Assembly (NCBI GenBank): GCA_001655205.1 | Contig: LPNZ01011109.1 | Coordinates: 1-50,411, forward strand | DNA: 50,411 nucleotides | Reading direction: 5' to 3' | Source: Lenisia limosa | Taxonomy: Eukaryota > Protista > Breviatea | Position numbers and translations under genes: made by a program | Shown: one piece after another, positions 1 through 9,578 of the stretch | How positions within the stretch are numbered: the first letter of the stretch is position 1 | How the letters are laid out: the number at the start of each line of letters is the position of its first letter | The notes under the pieces: generated by a model | What the model saw: only the letters and a program-made list of their open reading frames with translations | Told to the model about the DNA's origin: nothing | The model's database searches: none

Positions 1-124
1 GGTAGGCTCTCCTAAATCCGTCTTATGTCACAGATTCAGGAGGTGCCAGAGAGTTAGAATTGCAGACATCAAAGGCTTTTTTGAACAATATTTGTAAATA
101 TTGATAACGTCCTCAGAGGAGAAC
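1..124 (+). repeat. Dispersed repeat family copy 1 (truncated by window edge); at the 3' end of the PLE
   Basis: tccgtcttatgtcacagattcaggagg...gagagttagaattgcagacatcaaaggcttt...aatattgataacgtcctca..ggagaac is nearly identical to 3287-3404. Confidence 0.9.
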
Positions 125-194
125 AGATTATAAGTGGCTCAATAGTAGGACTAGGTCTCAGGTGGAAAGATCCCCTTGTCTATGAGGCCGGTGA

Positions 195-2940
195 GGTTGC
201 TTAGGAGAAGCGCCCTTTGTTTGTTCGATGGGGTGTCTTAAATGCAAACTTGAATTTGAAGATGAACGATATCGTTAACTTGAGGAATGCAAGATTATAT
301 CCATTGGTATTAAGGGTTCGGATGAGACGAGCTGCGTTGTAGGCGAAGTGTCTCGGTTGAGAACACAATCGACCATAACGCGCGCGTGAGTTGCCCGTTT
401 CGGAATAGTGGAATGGATATGTGGATATTGATTGACTTTAAAACAAAAATCCCTGCGTTTATCGTATATTGAAGTATTGATATGATTTCCTATGAATGTT
501 ACCCTGTATACCAAAATAACCCATGTTTGTGATAATTGCAGATAGGGTGGTGAGAAAGGGTCAATATCATCAGATGTTGGGATAATATGTTTATGGAAGC
601 TATGGTGAGGGTCAGTCAAGAGAATATCATCAATAAACCTAAAGCGTTGTTGAAGGTTGATATCACTGTGTCGTCCTGGTGACTCGAGACAAAGTCCCTT
701 TCGTGGTGATACAGCCCAAGGTTAGCGAGCAGAGGAGCTGCATTGGTACCCATGGGTAGGACTGTTTGATGAACGTGAGATCACCATTATGAACCTACGT
801 ATTAGAAACAACCCAGTGAAGTAGATCATAGATATCAGATTTAGACAAGACACTATTGGTTCCATGTAGGCGTTGTACGAATCCAGATTTGAGACATAAT
901 TTCAGATGGTCACTAGCGATGTTATCCCGTTCAGAAATATGAGTGAAGGCTTTGTCAACTATGCTTTTAACATCATTTATGAGGTCAGGCTGACTGTGTG
1001 TGAACTTGGTATAAAGTGTTGGAATGGGCAGTCCCAATATGATTGTGCAGCCTGCTCAGCAGAATGGGTTTAATATGATGGCGTTGGCCAGATGAAGCAA
1101 TATTCAATAGGCCTTTAGCATGCAGTGTACTCTCGATTTGGGTAAGCATGGAGCATAAAAGCTTAGAAGGTACGGAAGCGATTACATCTTTTCCAGCAAT
1201 GAATCTGAAGCGTGCGTGAGGTAAGGGTACCGTCAGTTAGGTTACCCCACTTTATCCCCCTATTGCGTAAATTGCGTTCAATATTAGCAAGCGGCTCGGC
1301 TGTGAGAGTATACGATTGGCTATTGTGAAGTTCATTCCAAATAATATGGTTATAGTACACGACAAACAATGATGAAATTATCACTCGCTTTATCTGCTGG
1401 AACGATGACAAAGGCTTGCTGGATTCTTGACAGCGCCTTGAGGTCATTTTTTCGCAGTGCTGGTCTATCATTGGGGCAGGAAGAAGCCATTTGGGTCCTT
1501 ACATTGATTTTGATTTGGTCAATAAAGTCGGCAAACGCAAAGAAGGGAGGACAGTGTCCCGAATTACCCAGAGCCGCAACCTTGTTTCTGATGTAACAAG
1601 CGAGCTTTTCTTCCACTTCAGCAGGTAGATCACCAGCATCATCGGAACGGTAACGACGACCCAACCCACGTAGTGTATTGAGGTTAGTCTTCTTAATACA
1701 TGCAAGATTACCCGTTAAAACATGATGCGTCTAGATACAGGAACATTACATTTATATTGAACAGAGAGACTTTGAAGGTCGAACGGACAGTTATCAGGCA
1801 ATAAATCTACTGAACATTTAAAGGCGTTGCGAATATTAACCGATTTATGTTGTGAAAACCTAATAGTAATGGAATCCGAACGACTATCTTTGATTTTGCG
1901 AGGAGGATGGTAGTCAGCATGAAGGAAGAGTCGAATAGCTGCCGAAGCAGCATGTGTCTCCTCCACTGACGCCCCCTCTATGCCTTCACGTATTGCATGC
2001 CCAAGCATTTGTTGTAGATTGGACCGGCGGTATGGGAGGNNNNNNNNNNNNATAGTAGAATTGTTATGGCGCATATATGTGATAAGGACATGAAGACGTC
2101 GCTGCCAATATCGAGACACATAGATGCGGTTTGTAGCCGCTTCCATTTGCCCTTCAACTGACGGTTGCTGACGCCGGAACTTCGTGGGATTATTCCTTCT
2201 GGAACTACTTTTCCTTTTCTTATGATGAGAAGCCATTTCCACATTGAGTCATTCAGGCACAAAACTTCGAAGCCTATTGATCCAGAATTGCTCCCGTGGA
2301 TAAGCATCGTTTTTTTTTGTCGGATGGTGGTCTTGAAAATAGACTAAAGGTTTGAAATCGATCCTAAAAGGTTTCTGAAGGCAGCGAGTCTGGCCGAGCG
2401 AAGTTCTCTGGAGTTAGTTTTGGCTACCGGGTATTTCGTACGATCAATCAGTTCAAGTGGAATGATGAGGCAACAGCTTCGTTGATAGTGGTGTCAACCA
2501 ACTTCCTCTATTCGCCTCCAATAATCCTCTTCATATCTTATTTATGCTATTGTCTGTTCGAAAGTCCGCACTGTATATGATTTACCTCTCTACCCGTTTA
2601 TGAATCGACATGGCAGATCCAATTTTTACAGCCTGGCCCAACACCCACCTGATACTCTTAGCCCGAGGTTTCGGACTCGTAAGCACGGCAAGGCATCTTT
2701 TTTGCTTCCTTGCTCTAGCATCATATTCTACTTCATGGAAGAGAGGCAGTGTAGTATTACCCCTCGGTGGCATATTTGGTCGGCGCTCATTATTTGGGCT
2801 ACCCCCAGAACTGGCTGCGTCACCAACATTTACCGCAGCGGCCCCCATTATTGGGCGCTCATTATTTGGAGGGCTACCCCCAGGACTGACTGCAGCGGCC
2901 CCAACGCATCATTATCATTTACATGATAAGAGTTCATAAT
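195..2940 (-). mobile_element. Degenerate Penelope-like retroelement (PLE), endonuclease-before-RT (Naiad/Chlamys-type) organisation; many frameshifts and stops
   Basis: Minus-strand motifs in order across shifting frames: GIY-YIG remnants (IIPLELID ~2450; REQFWINRLRSFVPE*LN 2243-2296), basic linker HHKKRK, VQYKCNVPVSRRIMF, VIVPADKASDNFIIVC (~1370-1410), RFIAG (~1200), PTLYTKFTH (~1010), PMGTNAAPLLAN (~720-760), catalytic RFIDD (~626-640), YDKRRDFCFKVNQYPHIHSTIP (~400-470), thumb end RLIRTLNTNGY (~290-330). Confidence 0.88.
2770..2905. repeat. Imperfect internal duplication (~65 nt unit, 2 copies) at the 5' end of the PLE ORF
   Basis: cgctcattatttgg(ag)ggctacccccag.actg.ctgc and gcagcggcccc each occur twice. 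Confidence 0.75.
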
Positions 2941-3183
2941 TGATGGGGTGACCCAAGGGTCAGAGAATAGGCCGAAGCCCAAGAGGGATTAACAAAAGTC
3001 AGGCGTGAGTAGTGCTTTCGAAAACAGCTATGTGATACAGTATTTGTGACTTCTTATGACGAGAATATGTAACTTGGCCGAGAGTTGCTACCATGACTCA
3101 GATACAAAGGAATTTCTGGGTCCTTACAATAGGATATAAATAAATTCATCCACCCGTATCTGCTATCATGGTCATATTTTATG

Positions 3184-3404
3184 TAGCAATGAGAAATAAA
3201 AATANNNNNNNNNNNNNNNNNNNNNNNNNNNNNNNNNNNNNNNNNNNNNNNNNNNNNNNNNNNNNNNNNNNNNNNNNNNNNNNNNNCCTCCTCAATCCGT
3301 CTTATGTCACAGATTCAGGAGGTAACAGAGAGTTAGAATTGCAGACATCAAAGGCTTTATGGAAAATATTATCGTAAATATTGATAACGTCCTCAAAGGA
3401 GAAC
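3184..3404 (+). repeat. Dispersed repeat family copy 2; at the 5' end of the PLE, interrupted by an N gap (3205-3286)
   Basis: Right part matches 1-124 and 10836-10872; left part tagcaatgagaaataaaaata matches 38949-38973. Confidence 0.88.
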
Positions 3405-3832
3405 GATATACTTTAATACATACCAAAAAGCGATTTATATTCATAAATTTTATGATCACAATATGATATATTAATATATAGGTTATATATTTGTCCAGAA
3501 ATCGAGAAAAGGTATGAACGCTTTTCATAGACTACTGAATGATGGACCATCGTTCTCTTAAACAGCGTATTATAGTTAGCTGTTGATAGAATGTTTAGGT
3601 TAGCCAAACCCTTGAAGAAATGGAAGCAGAGTTGGCAGCTTTGACAAAGCAAGGTAACCAAGTTTCCAAGAAAACTGAGAAGTACAAGGTTTGTTAGATA
3701 TACCATATAGTATATATATATATTATATGCATTGGAGCTTTATAACATTTCAGGCGAAAACGGAAAACCTTGAAGAGAAAAACAGAGAAATTATGTTACT
3801 TGTTTGTTTTTTATGCATCTAATTCCCATTAG

Positions 3833-6800
3833 ATGGCAAATGAAAGCACTCTTCAACAGAATTATGTACCGGGTTTGTGTCCAGATTTCTGTTCATTAAC
3901 TGTAATAGCTCCTCCTGTTGCTGTAGCTCCCTCCATGCCTCCAGGATACGGACCTCCAGCTCCAGTGAACCTGCCTCCTCAGGTGGGCACCAAGATGTAA
4001 TGCCTTTGTGTGTGTGTGTGTGTGTGTGTGCTAGCTAGTGTTAATATTTAATAAGCTAGCAGATAGCAGTCAGCCAAGAAATGACGGATGAGGAGATGAT
4101 TGAACAAGCAATTCGGGATTCAATGCAAACTCTTGAAGAGTGAGGATGTAGCTTTTTTTTTCTCTCGCTAAATTCTCACCACATTATCTTACCTTCCTTT
4201 TAGAGACCAAAAGAGAAGAATCACTATGTTTGGTGGGGACTTTGGGTATCCCCAGAGTATTCAACAGAATCAAGAACAAGTGTGGCAGCAAGATCAGCAA
4301 GCCCAAATTTTACGCTATCAAGAAGAGCAACAGTTAAGACAAGAACAAATTGCCTTCCAGCAACAAGAAAAAATTAGGCTTCAGCAAGAACAGATTGCAT
4401 TCCGTCAAAAACAAGAGCAGCTGAGGCAGCAGGAGGAAGAGGAAAGAAGGGTCGAGGAAGCGAGACCGCAAACAGAATTAAGGATGAAGGAAGAGATGGA
4501 AGCTATGAGAAGAGAAGAAAGAGAAGAAGAGAAAAGACTTGCTGAACAACAATCCGAATTAGAGGAATTGAGAATGAAGACCTTAAATCTCGAGCGGGAG
4601 TTGAACAAAATGAAAAATGGTGTGTCTTTTATCATTACAGTTTTATGAAGTTTTTTTTTTAAAAAAAAAATTGATATCAGAACTTGTTTGCTTATTGCGC
4701 AATTAACACTTTCAGAGGAAGATGCAAGAAGACAATTTGAAGAAAAGGAAAGAGAACGAATAGAACAACAACAATTCCGATCTAATGTCCCCCAAATCCC
4801 CCTTGGCATGGCACCACCTGCTGGCTTCCAAATGCAGCTCCCTATGATGCATGGGTTCCAGCCCCCTCCCTTCTTTGGCTATGGAGTTGAACAGCCTGTT
4901 TCTGCAGAGTCCACTGAGTTCTTGGAGAGTGCTGACAAATTCTTCCTGGCACAGGAGCAACAACGCTTTGGTACTTTGCCCTACCAACCTCCGGGAAGGT
5001 GGGGCTCTCAGTTCCAAGCTCCCCCCCTTTCTATGCCGCCTGGGTTTCACCATCCTCAATCTGAACCACTTTTGCACCCAAGTATCCTCCCCCAGAATAT
5101 CGCCGAGCCCCCCACCCTCCCCCAAGAAACGGCTTATCCTGAAACCTTCTCCCAAGAAAGTGAAGAGTCCGACTCAGACTCAGACTCTGTTGAGAACGTT
5201 TCACCTCTCCAGCAAGCTATTGATGGTGATTCAGTCCCTGTCGCTCCTAAGGTTGTCAGAGGGGTCAATACCGCATCCATTGACAGCTGTACTAATGAGA
5301 CTACTGTTTCTCCCCCAGCTCTTGCGTCCCCTTCACCTGCCCCCCTCGCTGGATGGAGTCAACCAAGTGGGTTGACTAAGGTTACATCTTAAGTATTTAT
5401 TCTTCACTTCCTCTTACCACGCAGTTCTTTCACAAGAAGGCTCAAGCGGAATATTCGAACCCACATCCACACAAGGGTCCTCTGCTATTAATTGGAATGT
5501 ATGCTGTGTTGTGACCGGGATAAGTCTTGACTGAAATGGTTTTTTATGTAGGTAAATCGGATTTTTGACCTTTTATTGTTTTTATAGGTCTGTTAAATGG
5601 ATTTACTAAATTAGGAATAAAGTACTATTTTTAGGACAATAGACTATTGCAACTGAACGCAATATTCATCGTATGCAGCAAATCACAGCTTTCAGTCAAA
5701 ATGCTCTTAAATTGCTTATTTTTGTGTATGATAGATATCATACACTAAGTTCATGAAAGCCAAAAAAATAATGCAGGGTTCGTGGTATAAAAGCACTTTC
5801 AAAATAATAAAATGACACAAAATCCGATTTTCCTGCAGCAAAGACATTTTGGTCAAGACTTATCCCGGTCATTGTTTTCAGGATTATTGAATACTCTAAT
5901 GATATTAACTTGAACTCGAAAAAGTAGAAATTTCTGCTTGCCTTATTCTTATCATTTTTTCATTTTTTTTTTAGATCGGTGATGACCATTCTCAAACTCC
6001 TGAAGAACAGCCTCCCCAAAAGGTAATAAGGCCTTTTGAAACAACTTCATCATTGATAATAATTCAAGAGTGAATCTGACCTTTCAGAAATTGGAGCCAG
6101 CTCCATGGCAAGAGCATCAGCAAAAGACTCAGGAACCAGCAAAACAGGAAGCATCACCATGGGGTCAACAGGATCCTTGGTCCGCTCCTGCTAAAGCGGA
6201 ATCTTCTTCAGATGGATGGTCTGCTCCTGCTAAAGCGGAATCTTATTCAGATGGATGGTCTGCTCCTGCTAAAGCAGAATCTTCTTCAGATGGGTGGTCA
6301 TCCCAAAGCCAGCCTAAGACGAATCAAGGCGGTTGGGGTGTAACACCCTCTTCTTCTTTTGCTCCATGGAACAAGTCAATTTCTCAACAAAAAGTGTGTC
6401 TTCTTTAAAAAACCTACTTCATTGTCAAAATTTTCTTTACGAATTCAGACCTCCGCGTCCCCATGGAAGCAGAGTAAACAAGCCACTACTAGCAGGTAAG
6501 AGGCTTTTCTTGGAGGAAGCTTTGTCTTCTTAACCTCGTAGTATGGAACGTGTTATTGACAAAGTTGCCACTGAGCCTGTCGACGTTTGGGGCAGGCCGT
6601 TGTCTGAGGTCACCGCTGCCACAAAAAAAAGCCTGGGCTCAGTCAAGAAATCTGTACCATCTCCCACAGTGGTTTGTTGCTAACATTTTGGATGATCTAC
6701 GATAATCAAGAGAATGCCTCATCTCAACAGTCCCCTGATAACGAAAATGAATGGCAAGTGTCCGGACATCGAAGGAAGCAAAAAAGCAAGCAACCTCCAA

Positions 6801-7098
6801 GCCCGTCTCATTCCAATTCTACTAGCAGAGGCAGAGGTATGATGTCTATCAACAACCATTCAATCAGTATACATTCCCCTCTTCTCTTGACAGGTTAGTT
6901 CTAATCGTTTAGGAACACGGCCTCCAGTGTTTCATCCAAGCGGGCTGGGGTTTGTGGGGGTCAATTTACCACTTGCATTTTTGAGATTAATCTTTTAGAT
7001 GGGCGAAAAGTGATTCGTACGAACTTGAGTTAAATCAAATTCACCATAAAATCAAAGACCCAAACAGCAAGTGGTCAAGTGGCGGATGGGGCATTTAG
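3833..7098 (+). CDS. Multi-exon low-complexity protein: UIM-like motif, Q/E-rich coiled coil, Pro-rich region, GW/WS repeats; may start further upstream (~3540-3620)
   Basis: Spliced reading MANESTLQQNYVPAPPV...MTDEEMIEQAIRDSM (UIM-like), ORFs 4226-4648, 4688-5392 and 6070-6408, last exon WAKSDSYELE...SKWSSGGWGI* ending TAG 7096-7098; canonical GT-AG introns. Confidence 0.7.
4008..4030. repeat. (TG)n microsatellite in an intron
   Basis: Uninterrupted tgtgtg run. Confidence 0.9.
5512..5871. mobile_element. MITE (360 bp) with ~55 bp imperfect terminal inverted repeats and 3 bp flanking duplication TTG, in an intron
   Basis: Left tgaccgggataagtcttgac.gaaatg...agg.aaatcggatttt is the reverse complement of right aaaatccgatttt.cct...cattttggtcaagacttatcccggtca; ttg at 5509-5511 and 5872-5874; no ORF inside. 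Confidence 0.85.
6178..6300 (+). repeat. Coding tandem repeat, 3 x 39 nt (WSAPAKAESSSDG)
   Basis: tggtc.gctcctgctaaagc.gaatctt.ttcagatgg. repeated three times in frame. Confidence 0.95.
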
Positions 7099-7624
7099 TG
7101 TTTCAAATTGTACCTGTTTTAGAGTATTTCAGTTTTTCTTTTGATTTTTTTTTATATAAAGTGTTGTAACAATAACATCTGGCACTATTCAGAAATTCTT
7201 GAGCCAGACCAAACAATCCCAGTCCCTCTTGTTTTCGTAACAACTTGACAACTTGAACTGAACAAGTCAGAAGATTTATCTAAGATTTGTCGTCTGTCAA
7301 TGTTTGTTGTGGCAAAAGTTTAGAAGTTTTAGAGTTTATATACCAAGAGTTTACTTCTTACTGAGTGTTAGGTGAGTAAGAGTCACGTTCACAGGTCACC
7401 TGTGAAAGCCAAACCACCACCACCCCCTTCCGATTGCCTGATTGCAAGGAGCAGCCCGATTGCCCCCCTGGGGCTTGCCTTAGGCAACCCTTGCAAAAGC
7501 AAGGAGGACGGGGAGGCACAGTAACCCGGCGCGGTGCGCGCGCGTATTCTTCGTTCGTCGAACTATCCGAACCGCGAATTGATTTTGTTTTTTGTTGCAG
7601 GTTTTGCCAACAAGCTTGCAAACG

Positions 7625-9544
7625 ATGGTGTACTTTCTTAACAGCCTTTTCTCTGGGTTAGTTTTCATTCATATTCCTTTTTTCCTCTAACCACGAATTT
7701 AGTCCTTTGACGTTCAGTATCAGCGATGGTTTCTTGGTATGCCTGGTCTCTTCAAAGCTTTATTTATTTTGCTAACTAGTAATTTGAATTGCACCACTAA
7801 TCCCCCCCCCCCCCNNNNNNNNNNNNNNNNNNNNNNNNNNNNNNNNNNNNNNNNNNNNNNNNNNNNNNNNNNNNNNNNAACTGATTACCAAAACCTGAGT
7901 CAATGCGAAAGACTAGATGGTAATCATTACTGCCGTTGATGAGAGGATCCTTACGAATCAGATATTCGCCTCCACCTGAGTGGAACCGATTGGGGCAACT
8001 TTCTCCAAAATGAGCCTTCTCCTCTGCAGACGCAAGTCGTGGCTGAAAAGGTGTGTTTTGTTTGAAGTTCGTGTTATTATTGCTTTTTTTTGTGGTTTCA
8101 CAATGCAGTGTGTGGAAGAAGTCTCAAAGCAGTGGACTTTTCTTCGTAGACAAGCAACAGGGGACCTTGCCAAGTTTATGGACTACTGCGTGTATGTTGG
8201 GAAACTTTTGTGATTTATAAGAGTCTCTTGAAACTGTTTCTGTTTTTAAAATGTCTATCATTGATGGTTGGATTATTGCAGCACCAAACTTGCTTGACTT
8301 TTGCAGCTATGGCTACATGATTGATAACTGCATTCTTTTGATCCGAGCTGCCATCCATGGAACTGATGGACGCGAAATTCTGGAGTCGTGTCATCCTCTT
8401 GGAATGTTCGAACAAATTGAGACAATTACGGCGTTTATTACTCCTCGTGAAGTTTATGATGCTGTTCTCTACAAAGCCCCAATTGGTTTGCAAAAGAAGA
8501 ATTAAAAAATGCTGTGTTTATTGATAATTAACTCTATTCCAAAATTTAACTTGGCATATTCTGTCACTTGACCTGATTTTTTTCTTAAGTACTTGCTTTT
8601 GTGCTTTTGACAGTTTCTTATAACTCAGGACCCTATTTCAAAGGATGTTTGGATATCGCAGATCTTGAGGAGATGCACATTGAAATGATCCGCACACGGC
8701 TTTACAAGCGGTACTTGGAGGACTTCTACTCTTTTGTGAACGGACTTGGAGGAATTACTGCTGAGCTCATGGCCCCTCTTCTAGAGGTCGGCTGAAACTG
8801 GGTTTTCGCGACTTAGTTCTTGGTTGTGACATTTTAGTTTGAAGCTGACCGTCGAGCAATCAACATTACTGTCAACTCCTTTGGAACTGATTTTGCGAAA
8901 AGTGATAGAAAGGTTGTTTTGATGCTAAATGGACTGTGTTAACTGTTTTAGTCGCTGTTCTGTGAATTTGGCTCCCTTTATCCCTCTGCAACTTTCCGAC
9001 TTTCAAGGTTGGAATGAGTTGTTTGTTTTTCATCCCGAAATTTTTACGCAACTGAGAAAGAATAGATAGTATCTGCCAGGTGTAACAGTGATCTTGAACT
9101 TGAAATATACCCTTTACATTTTTGATACTTCAGATGTGATGATGTTGATCAAGTACGTGAAGTTCTCACAAAGTACAGAGTAAGGTGAACGTTTTCAATT
9201 CACGATATAGCCATTCAATGATTTCTTTGTTTCTTTGAGTGCGGAAAGTGAGCAATCATTGGAGGACTGTTTCTTCGGGCATGAAGTTTCTGTAGGCTCA
9301 ATGTATCTTTTTTTTTTTTGGTGTAACTATTATCCAATATCTCATGAAACCACAGATGAACAGAAGATCCTTTGATCAGCAATTCCACTTTGCAACGTTC
9401 TACTCTTGGCTGAAGCTGAAGGTTTGCGATTCACTAAAGTCATATGATCTCCAGGAACAAGAAGTCCGAAATTTGCTGTGGATCTCAGAGTGTGTTGTGC
9501 AAAATCAGCGCTCTCAAATCAACAAATACATCACCATCTTTTAA
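7625..9544 (+). CDS. VMA6: V-type proton ATPase V0 subunit d
   Basis: Exons read PLTFSISDGFL, TDYQNLSQCERLD, DIRLHLSGTDWGNFLQNEP, YMIDNCILLI...CHPLGMFEQ, MHIEMIRTRLYKRYLEDFY, FEADRRAINITVNSFGT, FDQQFHFATFYSWLKLK, EQEVRNLLWISECVVQ...KYITIF*, colinear with ATP6V0D/Vma6. One early exon lies in the N gap 7815-7878. Confidence 0.95.
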
Positions 9545-9578
9545 ATATATTGTACAGTTATCTGACAGGCTGTTTTAC

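Noticed and set aside
2249-2251. In-frame TGA in the PLE endonuclease as possible selenocysteine
   Set aside because: It replaces the conserved Gly of PxGLN (GGA to TGA) in an element full of other stops and frameshifts.
6178-6300. Regularly spaced repeats as a CRISPR-like array
   Set aside because: Contiguous in-frame coding repeats with no spacers, in eukaryotic DNA with no cas genes.
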